A DNA stretch of 64,000 bases. It comes from Eledone cirrhosa (lineage: Eukaryota). The notes under the pieces are model-generated. The model did no database searches, was not told where the DNA came from, and saw nothing but the letters and a program-made list of their open reading frames with translations. The stretch spans positions 341,124,001 to 341,188,000 of the forward strand of contig OZ024741.1 of the NCBI GenBank assembly GCA_964016885.1. Direction: 5' to 3'. The position numbers and the translations under genes were made by a program. Shown here in pieces: positions 37,622 through 50,265 of this stretch; position 1 is the first letter of the stretch, and every line of letters begins with the position of its first letter.

Positions 37622-39201
37622 TTCAAAAGGAATATAAATTAAAATAAGGAAAGAATGTTACATAAATATAATGTTCCATATATTGGTATTTCACTATGGT
37701 GTCCTGGGTATATCAATTGTCTGCCATAGTCTAGCAGTATTCTTCTGTCGAGGCTGCATTGTGTGAGATCTGCCTATGGGTAAAAAGATGGCCGCCAATG
37801 GACATATTTACCTTACTAATTAGAGGGTGGTTTCAGGGGATGTAACTCCTCGAGAGATTAGAAATTGTGGGTAGTTTATAGTTAAGTTAAGTGCTAATTT
37901 TTTAAAGAGACAATGTAAGGGAGGTAACTTATAATGATCTAAGTTAGTTATAGCTATTTAACTTATTAGCTACAAGTAAAAGATGACTAGATGACTATGT
38001 TGGGTCAAATATTCTGTTGGCGAAGGAATTAGCACTTCGATGTTGACAGCTAATAGTTACCTCCGTTCTATCGTTAATTGGTAGAGGTCGTGATAGAGTT
38101 ATGTAATATGCTTCGGTAATACAGAAATCACAAGATTTTCTTCGTCCATTGAACGGTTGGGCCCTAGCCAAGATATCCCATGTTAGTTAGTGTTCAATGT
38201 TGGTTAATTTAAGGTTTTTAATGAGCTAGCTAGAGATGTCTAACATCTGTTGTTAGGGTCTCGGAAGGAAAAAGAGTGCGCGTTATAGCGTACCTTAAAA
38301 GGGTTAGAGGTAGATCCGATATAGGAGCTGGTATGCGAAGCAGTTTTAACTGTGCACCTATAGACTATGTTGGGTGTCAGGCAATGTCCATTTAGTGGGC
38401 ATGCATTAGGGTAACGGCAGTTGCAGTTACTTCTGCGATTAGTGAGAGTAGGGTTGTTTAAACTATGCGGTTGGTCCATGCTAGAAGGATTAGATGGGGG
38501 AGGTCTGCTACTAGAGTAAGTATTGGTGTAGTCGCGTGGTGTATTTGATGGGGGTGGTGGTACCGCGGTGTGGGAGTTATACTGTCTTAGTTTATGATGG
38601 TTACTGAATGCGATGTGGCTAGCTAGGTTAGGTGTTGTGGAGAATGAGATTTTAACGTTATTTTTATTAAAGAGTTTATAATATCTATGGTTGGGGGGGG
38701 GAAATGTTTAGATAGGATAGAGAAGAAGCATTTAGGGATATTAGTGGCTAGATTAGATGAGAATGGGGGGTTAAGCCAGGTGATATTTCTAGGCCTATAC
38801 CTTCTAGGGGTTCTAGTGGAGTTGGTAGGGGCCTTCATAGGGCTATTATTACCTGGGCATTTGTTATTTGTCATCCCATTGCTCATTCCTATTATAGGGT
38901 TGATTTTTAGTTTGCTACTTGGAGTGGGAAGCAGGCCACTGCCACCATTAAGGTTCCCTGTATAAGTGCTGTTACTGCTAAAATTCTGGCGAATCTGGCT
39001 ATATGCCAAGGTATTTCTAGTTCTAGTGTTAAGTTTATTATGGTTGTAGTGAATTGCTGTTATGGCATTTAGGTATGTAGTAAATGGACTGTTCATAACC
39101 AGATTCAGAAAGAGCCTTATTATAATATGCTGCATGGTTTATAAATATCTCCTCATTTGCTGATTTTAATTTATATTATTTTAATTTATATTCCTTTTGA
39201 A

Positions 39202-39320
39202 GTTCCGATGAGCTGCTCTATCTTTACCTATGTTAATTATTTTCAACTGAACCAGATCAATAATGATATATAATCATTTGATCCAGAAATATTATATGGA
39301 GTAGCGAAACAATTGTAAAC
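39202..39320 (+). ncRNA. PLE hammerhead ribozyme (U4C core, large stem II insert)
   Basis: GTT-CCGATGA-GCTGCTCTAT[74 nt]ATGGAGTAGC-GAAA-CAATTG-TA-AAC. Confidence 0.62.
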
Positions 39321-40235
39321 GGACATTTTTATTAGTGAATTGGCAGTATCGGTAGAGGGTTGGACGCCAGGCTTTCCAGCATAGTTACGTCCCTTTACAG
39401 TCTGAGTTCAAATCCCGCCGGGGTTAACTTTGCCTTTCATCCTTACGGGATCGATAAAATAAAGTACCAGTAATGCACTGGATAATTGCTGGCCTTGTAC
39501 CTAAAGTAGAAACAATTATTATTAATAATATTCTCTACATTACTTACATCAAACTAAAATATGTTGACAATCTTTTAATAATGTCTTCCTTGTGAAATTT
39601 GTGGTCTTGTTTTGCTTAACTAATGAATATATATACATATACATATATATAGTAATAATAATAAATTTGAAGACTAAAATCCAAAGAGAGCTCGATAAGG
39701 ATAAATATATATCAAATATATAAGAACCGTAGAGCAAATATTTATTAAAATAACAGATTAAAGTTTAAGCAAAGTTATACATATACAAATATGTACATAT
39801 ATATATATACATATACATATATATACATATATATATATATGCATATATATACATATACATATACATATATATACATATACATATGTATACATATACATAT
39901 ATATATACTTATATATTTATATATATATACATATATACATATACACATATATATATATATTTATATACATATAGATATATATGTACATATATATATATAC
40001 ACATATACACATATACATATATATATTTATATACATATACATATATATAATCATATATATATATATACATATACACATATACATATACACATATACATAT
40101 ATATATTTATATACATATATATATGTAAATATACATATATATATATATACATATATATATGTATACATATACATATATACATATATATCTATACACATAC
40201 ATATACACAAATACATATTTATATACATATATGGA

Positions 40236-40628
40236 TGGAGGCATATGGCTTAGTGGTTAGATTAGGGCATTGGCCTTGCAATCGAAAGGTTGTGAGTTCA
40301 ATTCTCGGACCGGGTGATGTGTTGTTTCCTTGAGCAAGACACTTTATTTCACATTGCTCCAGTGTACTCAGCTGTAGAAATGAGATGATAGGACTGGGGT
40401 CATTCCACTGCAAAGTGGTTGTGGAGGTGCCACGGCAAAAAAGGACCCAGCTCACACTGTAAAGTGGACTTGTATGCGCCACGGAAAAAAAGGACCCAGC
40501 ACTCACTGTAAATGAGTTTGGTGTTAGGAAGGGCATCCAGCTGTAGAAATCAAGCCAGAATCAGTTCCCGTCCCACCCTTGCAAGCAGGGAAAAACGGAC
40601 GTAAAATGATGATGACGATGATGATGAT
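40236..40628 (+). mobile_element. Full-length tRNA-head / CORE / RTE-tail SINE
   Basis: A box TGGCTTAGTGG, B box GAGTTCAATTC, CORE domain, RTE 3' UTR tail, (GAT)n. Confidence 0.85.
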
Positions 40629-40696
40629 ACATATATACGTATATGCATATACATATATGTATATACATATACATATGTATATATATACATATACCC

Positions 40697-41508
40697 ATGT
40701 TTAGCTTACTTCCTTTTTTTGGCTCCGGTGGCTGATAGCTTTACGACCACCGTTTTCATTTTGTCTGGCCTCTATAACGTATGTTAATTGCTCTGGTCTC
40801 CTTTAAGTCCATGCAGCGCTTACCGTATACCTCGAAAATTGCGTTTCGCCTTGTTTTTGGCCACCGTCGAAATACGATCTCGCTGAAATTATATTTGTAT
40901 TAATCTCCCGGGCCTAGCAATTAATTAGTTAATTCTATTAGACAATTTTATTGACTAATTAATTGCTTAAGTTTATTTAAAATCGACCCGGTCGAGGGAT
41001 TAATTCGATTTGTAGTTTTTTGCAATACTTGCAATAATTTTACACATTCTGAATGCATCCGCCAAAAACCGGTGCTACCTCTCCTGCAAGGTAAACACGC
41101 GGGGTAGTCACTACACCATTACTAATGCATTGGACCCACTCGCCGGCTGAGAACAAAATACCTGTTGACGAAATGGCAGCCTTGTTCGATCGTTATACCA
41201 AACGCTTACAACGAAAGCAGGCAGTATAATTGATTTAGGTGTCCCAGAAACCTCCCACTGGATTCTACCATCAATATCCAGGAGGTCCAGGTAAATTCTT
41301 TTGTTAACCTGTTTAGCTTGCTTGGGGTTTTGGCTCAGGTGGCTGATAGCTTCACACCATAATTTTCATTTTGTCTGGTCTCTATAACGTATGTTAATTG
41401 CTCTGGTCTTCTTTTAGACCATTGAGCGCTTGCCACATATTTCGAAAATGCGTTTCGCTTTGTTTTTGGCCACCACCGAAATACGATCTCGCTGAAATTA
41501 TATTTGTA
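40697..41508. repeat. Unclassified element bounded by diverged ~200-bp direct repeats
   Basis: 40697-40900 is similar to 41310-41508; both sides flanked by TA microsatellite. Confidence 0.65.
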
Positions 41509-41536
41509 TATATATATCCAGGGGTTGTTATCCTTT

Positions 41537-41585
<49 letters not shown>

Positions 41586-41854
41586 CATATATATATACAT
41601 ATATACATATATATATACATATATATATACATATATATATATACACATATATATATGTATACATATATATATACATATATATATATATACATATATATAT
41701 ACACATATATATATATATACATATATATATACATATATATATATATATACATATATATATACATATATATATATATACATATATATATATACATACATAT
41801 ATATATATACATACATATATATATATATACATACATATATATATATATACATAC

Positions 41855-41952
<98 letters not shown>

Positions 41953-42136
41953 TGGATTGGCAGTATCGGTAGAGGGTCGGACGTCATGCTTTCCAGCATA
42001 GTTACGTCCCTTTACGATCTGAGTTCAAATCCAGCCGAGGTTAACTTTGCCTTTCATCCTTACGGGGTCGATAAAATAAAGTACCAGTAATGCACTGGGT
42101 AATTTCTGGCCTTGTGCTAATAGTGGAAACAATTAT

Positions 42137-42181
<45 letters not shown>

Positions 42182-43389
42182 AGAGTATTGAAGTTTGCTT
42201 GAAACATTGTGGAATAATAAGGTAAATTTCTTTAAGTCGTTTGGAAGCCTCGACAATGCAGATGGGTAAATCTCCGGGTAACAAGATCCGGTGGTGGAGA
42301 GAGAGATGTAAGTGGGTGTACGTTGAGATGCGTGGCGTGTATAAGACTGTACCATGTAGAGGAATGAAGGAATGAGCGTAAAGGATAAAAAAAAACAAAA
42401 AAAAACAACACGAGATAGAGTTACCTTGGGAGAGATTTATATATACATTTATTTTCCCACATCTTACGTTAACTATTTTTCCATTTTGACGCTTTAGTCA
42501 CTTATATATTATGGAATACTGTTGGCTTCTTGCTACAATAATTTCTATACTTTTCATTTATATTTATACTCGGATTTCTTTCCTAGAGTGCTTAAAATTT
42601 ATTTGTGACTAATCCCGGTCTTTAAAAAAATAAAAAAAACCGCGATAATATTGCTTTTGCTGAACTCCTTATATCGTAGAGTTTTTTCGGAATGTTTTTG
42701 ACTGTTGTTTCATGTAAACAGACGTTCGTCTCATTCTGACGTCACCAGCTCTGTCTCTACATGTGCGTTTTTCTTCATAATTACGCATGATGTTGAACTA
42801 GCCTGCTTTGAAATTCCCTTTTTGGCATATTATAACTTTGGTTATCGTGTCTTTGAGCTCTGCTGATGATCGGCTCCAACCGTGACCATCCCCACTGAAA
42901 GTTTCGGGAAATAGTCTTTAAGACAGAGCATTTGTAGATTTTCCAAATTGAAGTGTAATTTAGTCAATCCTCTCAGCTATTATGTACACCAATCAACTGT
43001 TATTAGAGTTACTTTCTGCATTTAGGAATCTAATCTTCATAAATATACACAAACGGACACAGTTGCCTGTAGTACACATAAGTATGATTTGTCAATTTGT
43101 CAGTGAATATACTTTTGTGAATGGTGTAGATATCAAAATTTACAGTCTATTTTCTTAGCAAAATAACGTATTTTATAGTCTGTTAGACTCAAGGATAGAC
43201 TTCAAGCTTTGTAACCTCATAATTATACTAGCAAATACAAAGAGAAATAAATATGTTGCTTCACTGAAACAGTTCAAGGCAAAGTCACAGAATGGAAGCT
43301 AGAAAGAATGATAAATATGGATTCTGTACATATATACATTGATATATTCACACATATGTTCATTTATATATATTTTTGTATAAGTGCAT

Positions 43390-43725
43390 ACATCATCATC
43401 ATTTTATGTCCACTTTTCCCTGCTTGCAAGGGTGGGACGGGAACTGATTCTGGCTTGATTTCTACAGCTGGATGCCCTTCCTAACACCAACCTCATTTAC
43501 AGTGAGTGGTGGGTGGTTTTTGCCGTGGCACCTACACGACCACTTTGCAGTGGAATGATAGGGACCCCAATCCCTATCATCTCTTTTTCTACAGGTGAGT
43601 AAACTGGAGCAATGTGAAATAAAGTGTCTTGCTCAAGGAAACAGCACATCACCTGGTCTGAGAATTGAACTGACAACCTTTCGATTGCAAGGCCAATGCT
43701 CTAACCACTAAGCCATGTGCCTACA
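43390..43725 (-). mobile_element. Full-length CORE/RTE-tail SINE
   Basis: Inverted homologue of 40236-40628. Confidence 0.85.
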
Positions 43726-43767
<42 letters not shown>

Positions 43768-43770
<3 letters not shown>

Positions 43771-44161
43771 ATATTTGGGGATGGTCATATTGTTATAATA
43801 CTAAAATACACTCACTGTTTGGTTTGGATTGGTTTTCACTTTCGTATATTTTATATCAGAGAGAAGAATAAAATAATGAATAAATAAATAAATAAAAAAT
43901 AGAATAGACATTATAATACAATAGGAGGAAACATAATAGTACCACTGATGATGTCACAGGTGTATGATGAAAGAACTTTGAGAGACTACATATATATATA
44001 TATATATATACTATTTTTTTTTTTAACTGTTGGTCAAACATTGATTGCCAGCTAAATTAAATATAGGGATATAAAATATGCAGAAGCGAAAACTAATCCA
44101 AACCAAACAGTGAGTGTTTTATTATATATTTCTGGCAATATGACCCTCGCCAAATATAATA
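43768..44161. repeat. Imperfect ~90-bp inverted repeat
   Basis: 43768-43858 vs 44068-44161; related sequence at 51975-52020. Confidence 0.6.
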
Positions 44162-44830
44162 TTATTTGTTTCAACACACGATTTCATATCAAAAATCCTG
44201 CTAAAGGAGAGGGAAACTCTGAAAAAGAACCTGTGGCTTCATAAGCATCTGATGATGTTGATAGTTCTCTTTTTCGGGTAGTGTTTTTGATGTTAAGAGA
44301 GTAGGATTGGTTGAGTGCAAGGCCTTTCCCCACTTAAAAATCTTCAAAGCACAGGCATTGCTTGTTCAGGATATGTTACAGATTTGTGTGACTAGCGGTA
44401 GCATAAAGGTGCACTAAACTATAATCTGACAAGCGATTGCAATACTCTTAGCAGAGTTTGCAGCCATCATATATATATATACATAGACACACATATTTAT
44501 ATATATGCCTACATAAATACACATATTCTTTATTGTACACAACAGATTTATTTATATATACACAGACACATTCCTCAATAAGAATAGTTTATTTCAATTG
44601 TGTATGACAAATGGTTAATAATTAACCAACATTCTGTGATCAGAGATATCCATCAATGGGTGATATTAACTACATAGCCAATTATATTTATAGATCATTT
44701 AGAAAAGAATTTCATCACAGTGAATTAATTAACAATAACAATAATTTAAAAAAACTTAAAGTTTCTGTACACTGTACACATACTGCCATCTGGTGGACTG
44801 GTCTGAAAACTAGGCCTCTAATAAGGAACA

Positions 44831-44972
<142 letters not shown>

Positions 44973-45217
44973 TATATATATATAATATATATTATATATA
45001 TATATATTATATATATATATACATTATATATATATAATATATATTATATATATATAATATATATTATATATATATACACACACACATACACACATACATA
45101 GACAGACATTAATATATATATATACATACATAGATATACATATTTATATATATGCACCCAGATACACACACATGTATATAAGATATGTGAGATATTTGTA
45201 TGGGGTGGTGTTCTTGT

Positions 45218-45300
45218 TTAACAGCGCAAAGCATGAGAATCAGTTAAACTGGACTGTGAACGCTTGCCTGGCATCATCACTAGAACTGGATTGGGTAAGT
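45218..45300 (-). CDS. Probable terminal coding exon of a host gene (DLPNPVLVMMPGKRSQSSLTDSHALRC*)
   Basis: Strong acceptor TCTCTCTATTTTCAG; phase 1 matches the donor of exon 49413-49573; TAA at 45218-45220. Confidence 0.6.
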
Positions 45301-45829
45301 CTGAAAATAGAGAGAGAAAGAGAGAGGTTGAGACAAATAGCGAAAGGAAAATATATGAAATCTAAGATAATACAAAAGAACAATGGGCTAATATTGTAAA
45401 GTCCATTGAATCTGAGAAAACAATCAATCCACAAGAAGAGTTCAATTACCAATCAGTCTGTAGAAATAGTTTGATCAATACGTGAATGATGTCATGTCGT
45501 AAGAATAGTAATGATAATAATAGTAATAATGATTTCTACTCTAGGCACAAGGCCAGCAATTTGAAGGGGAGAGCGATAGTCAATTAAATTGACCCCAGTG
45601 CATTACTGGTGCTTTATTTTATTGACCTCATAAGGATGAAAGGCAAAGCTAACCTCAATGGGATTTAAACTCAGAATGTAAAGCGCCATTGGTTTCTTTA
45701 TAAGCCACACAGGGCTGATATTAAACAAACAATAGAGATGGCACAAGGTTATAACAAAAATGAAAAAAATATATATTTCAAAATCAAACGAATAAATAAC
45801 AGATTCCTTATTAGGGAAGAAGTTCTTTT

Positions 45830-46560
45830 TAGAAACAGCACATTCTAAGGATACAGGGACTACTGCCCTCTAGCCAGGAAATGCTTATCAAGCAATATAA
45901 TTCATAAATGTAAGCTTGATACATTCACTACTAGTAAAGCTTACATAGGGTTAGCTGCTATTAGATTCAAACAGCGTTTATACATGCACTTTCATAAATT
46001 TTGTAACCCTTTAACCTCTTGACTGCCACGTATATTTTACACAGCTACAGTTACCATGCCAGTTTTTTGTTTTTTTTCAGTAAAATGACTATTTTTTAAA
46101 CAAACATTTATTAACAACACATATCTGAATGATTGACAAACGTCACATTAATAAACTAGTAACCCCATCTAGCTTTGAAGTTAGGAACTGTTGGAAACGA
46201 TTTCATAACTTTGAAGTTATGAACTGTTGTAAAGGAGTTCAAACATGTTAGGATAAATTACCTTGTCCGTGGCACTGGAATGCATACATGTTAGGACAAG
46301 TTATCTCATCTATGGCACTGAAAAGGTTAAGAAGGAATATGGCTTCACTTTTGACCTATATCTGAAGTTTAAAAGACATTAACTGGGAGATCTGAGCTAA
46401 AGCTAGATCCTATAAGGGAAATAAAAGGCCTGTTATATTTGTGTCACTGAAGCCCTGGAAATCCTTTATGCCAACGAACATACTTTAAACAAAAAATCTG
46501 AGTCAATTTTGGCTTGTAAGCATAAACTGTATAAAACATTTTTCTATTACAGCCCGACAC
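45830..46560 (+). mobile_element. Decayed Penelope-like GIY-YIG domain split by a MITE
   Basis: CPLARKCLSSNIIHKC...YIGLAAIRFKQR..H [insert] WEI.AKARSY...CYICVTEALEI...LNKKSE..CKHK. Confidence 0.75.
46015..46326. mobile_element. piggyBac-type MITE
   Basis: TTAA on both sides; imperfect TIRs CCTCTTGACTGCCA / TGGCACTGAAAAGG; second copy at 62133-62444. Confidence 0.8.
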
Positions 46561-46706
46561 TCTATTCTAATGGATAGTATGGACGCTATGCTGATGATAT
46601 ATGTCATGATGTGGTAGCTAAGAACAATCTAACTTTATATTCAATTTATATAAATATATATATATATTTATAATATGTATATATATATGTGTGTTGGTGT
46701 GGGTGC

Positions 46707-46757
<51 letters not shown>

Positions 46758-47509
46758 ATTGTTTCTACTTTTGGCACAAGGCCAGCAATTATCCCAGTGC
46801 ATTACTGGTACTTTATTTTATCGACCCCGTAAGGCAAAGTTAACCTCGGCGAGATTTGAACTCAGATCATAAAGGGCCGTAACTCTATGCAGCAAGGCAT
46901 GGCGTCCAACCCTCTACAGATACTGCCAATCCACTGCCCATATATATATATATATGTATCATCATCATCATCTTCATTTAACGTCCATTTTCCACGCTAG
47001 CATGGGTTAGACGGGAGTTGTCCCACTTGAGGCAAGGTTGGTCGGGTGACCATGTCTCACTCATATAGGACTATTGAGTACATGTATGTGTATATGTACA
47101 TGAGCGTTTGCATATGCGCATATATATGTATATATCTGTGTATAATTTTCATACACCATATTTTCATTAATACATGCATCCACACTGGTCAGCACATACT
47201 TATGTATGAGCCTAAAACCGAAAACATTATTACTATTATTAATGCCTTCAGTATTTTTATGCTTAATCATTTTACTACTAATTAATATCATTTGCCTTGT
47301 ATGGTAGCTGGAAATTATTCGACTATTCTAAAAAGAATATTAGTCTCCTCATTTTTTTCCTATTAAGAATATGTTCTTCCTGACATAGATCTCCTTGCAT
47401 ACTTTTCATTCATCTCAAAAAAACATCCTCACACGCAACCATTATGTCTTCCTGCTTTCTAAAGGTATTGTTTGGTCATAATTCTATTGAAATATCTACT
47501 TCTGCACCT

Positions 47510-47587
47510 ACAGATTGATGTTTCTTGGTTTCAGATGATCCCATTTAGGGTGAAAGCAGAAATTCATTGCTTAAACTTTTAATCTGT
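47510..47587 (+). ncRNA. Candidate atypical hammerhead-like motif (CAGAUGA core)
   Basis: ACAGATTGA..GGTTT-CAGATGA-TCCC(attta)GGGT-GAAA-GCA..TGC-TT-AAACT..TTAATCTGT; relatives at 51229-51288(+) and 51466-51543(-). Confidence 0.45.
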
Positions 47588-47776
47588 ACTTATATATCAT
47601 TATCACCATTTATCGTCCATTTTTCCATGCTTATATATATATATGTATTTATATATATATAAATGAAAGTATATAAATTATTGTGAGCGTGAAGCCAACA
47701 GTATTTCATAATATATAAGTGACTATAACGTCAAAATGGAAAAACAGTTAACGTAAGATGTGGGTATATATATATA

Positions 47777-47884
47777 TATTAAAATAACAGATTAAAGTTT
47801 AAGCAAAGAATCGCTGCTTTCACCCTTAACGTTAAGGGTGAAAGCAGCGATTCTTTGCTTAAACTTTAATCTGTTATTTTAATA
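47777..47884. repeat. Perfect 108-bp spacerless palindrome
   Basis: 54-bp arms centred on AAC|GTT at 47830/47831. Confidence 0.92.
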
Positions 47885-48536
47885 CGTGTTTGCTTTAGGG
47901 TTCTTATATATTTGATATATATTTATCTTTGGATTTGATATATATATATGTAAATTTTAAAATGCATGGTTCAGATTATACATAATGAATAAAAAAAAAT
48001 AGTGGGCAAGGACAAGGGAAAAACAGATGAAACACAGGACAGTCCCTTCTCATCAGTTAACTGCTGGGGGTCAATATGGCTTCAGTTCTTTAGGATCAAC
48101 TATACCACTAGCTCCAGTGCACATGGGACAATAACAAATGGACACAAGACAGGAATGATTGGTGTTTTGACTATTTATAAATAAATAAAATTTGCTAAAA
48201 CCAATGAATTGCAACTGGGAAGAAGAGATAGAAACAAAGCCCAACATATTAGCCAAGAAAAGAAACTATGCACAGAAGGCAAAATAAGAGAAAAAATTGT
48301 TCGTTTGAACGTAAGTCCTATATAGACAGGGACAACATAGAAAGAGCAGAGAAAGAAAGAATAAGTGAGAAAAAGAAAGAGAGGGGAGAACAAAGGACAC
48401 AGGCAGAATGTGAAGTGTTCGTTTGGACATAAGTCCTAAATAGACAGATACAATGATAAAAAAATGTGTGAAAAAGAGAGAAGAGGATAGAGAATGCAGG
48501 CAATGTAAAGTTTAATACATATCAGACAAATATTAC

Positions 48537-48571
<35 letters not shown>

Positions 48572-49412
48572 TGTGTGTGCATGTATGTATATATATAATT
48601 TGTTATAAACATATATAATTTGTTTCACCTTAACTGATGATCCATTTGAGATGAAACAAATTGTTCTCAGAAATGGTGTATTAACTGTTGTGGAACTACA
48701 TATATATATATATACACACACAGACATATATATATATATATTTGCTAGGCGCTGACCGAAGGACGCTGTATTTATACCAACGGTCTTCGTTAATAGTGTT
48801 ATATATGTACATGAAAAAAAATATATATATATGCAGTATACGTGGTAAAACAGTCCTCCTAATACAGAACCTCCAAAAGGAGGCAATCAAAGAATTCATC
48901 AAACTCACATTCCCCCTGACTACATCTCTGAGAAAACAAGACTTTTTCAGACCTAAAGGATCATGATGGGAATAAAGCCATTCGCCAATAATAATTCTTT
49001 CTAAAATTGGCACAAGACCAACAATCTGGAGGAAGGAGAAAGTCAATTATATCAACCTAAATACTTGACTGGTACTTTATTTTATCGCCCTTGGAAGGAT
49101 GAAAGGCAAAGTCGAACTCGGCATGATTTGAACTCAGAATGTAAAGAGTCAGAATAAATACTGCTAAGGATTTGTCTGATGTTCCAATAACTTTATCAAT
49201 CTACCACCCTGTTGTTAATAATAATAACAGTAGTAGTATTAATACTATTAGTAATTAAAAAAAGTAGATTGCTAAATAATGACAAAGAAAGCAGAGGGAA
49301 AGGAATGGACAATACATAATCCTCAGTGTGTGGGTGCCTTAGGGTAGAGGTGCTACCGAAATAAAATGGGTTGACAGAAGCTTAGAACGATGGAAAAAAT
49401 AATTTACTCTAC

Positions 49413-49573
49413 CTCCCCCTCCTTCAACAGAGTCGGCTTGGTCTTCAGTCATTTCAATATGGCTGAAGTTAGGATTAGGATCAAGGGGCGGATCATCTTC
49501 ATCATCTTCAAGCAAGCTGTCTGCTGCATCTCTCGCTTGCAGGAATGAGTAGCGTTGCACTCGGTGAAATTTC
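49413..49573 (-). CDS. Internal coding exon of a host gene, resembling the cytoplasmic tail of a membrane/sorting receptor
   Basis: Acceptor TTTTTGTGTGTGTCTGTAG, donor GAG|GTAGAG; RKFHRVQRYSFLQARDAADSLLEDDEDDPPL...; unique sequence with a YxxL motif and an acidic cluster. Confidence 0.7.
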
Positions 49574-49639
49574 CTACAGACACACACAAAAACAGAAACA
49601 CATCAGATCAGCCGAAGTTATCAGTGAAAATTAACTGCT

Positions 49640-50265
49640 GAATATGTTGGATTAGCCCCTATATGTGGATATATATGGGATTAGCTGCTAAATGGGGATA
49701 TATGTGAGATTAGCCCCTAAATGAGAATATAGATGGGATTAATCCCCTATATGGGTAAATATGTAGGATTAACCCCTAAATGGGGATATATGTAGGATTA
49801 GCCCCTATATGAGTAAATATGTGGGATTAACCCCTAAATGAGGATATATGTAGGATTAGCCCCTATATGGGTATATATATGTGTGATTAACCCCCTTTAT
49901 GGGTATATACGTGGGATTAACCCCTGAATGGGGATATATGTAGGATTAGCCCCTATATGGGTATATATGTGGGATTAACCCCTGAATGGGGATGTTTAGC
50001 GCCTCTATCGGTATATATGTAGGATTAGCCCCCCATATGGTATATATGTGGGATTAGCCACTAAATGAGGATATATGTGGGATTAACCCCTAAATGAGGA
50101 TGTATGTAGGATTAGCCCCCCATATGGTATATATGTGGGATTAGCCACTAAATGAGGATATATGTGGGATTAACCCCTAAATGGGGATGTATGTAGGATT
50201 AGCCCATAAATGGCGATATAGTGGGATTAACCCCTAATTTTTAATGTGATTCGCCCCCGAATGAG
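49640..50265. repeat. ~29-30 bp minisatellite, ~20 units
   Basis: ATATATGT(A/G)GGATTA(A/G)CCCCTA(A/T)ATG(G/A)G units. Confidence 0.9.

Larger units (their letters stand above)
37372..39630 (-). mobile_element. Penelope-like element: GIY-YIG ORF, pseudo-LTR and 5' inverted copy
   Basis: RNITWLNPPFS, CNCR..CPLNGHCL..IVYRC...YIGST..FKVRY..H. 37372-37647 recurs inverted at ~39175-39630, interrupted there by a SINE. Confidence 0.85.

Noticed and set aside
42860-42915. CTGATGA...GAAA hammerhead-like spacing
   Set aside because: No convincing stems I, II or III.
49640-50265. CRISPR-like periodicity
   Set aside because: No unique spacers, no cas genes and a eukaryotic context; it is a minisatellite.
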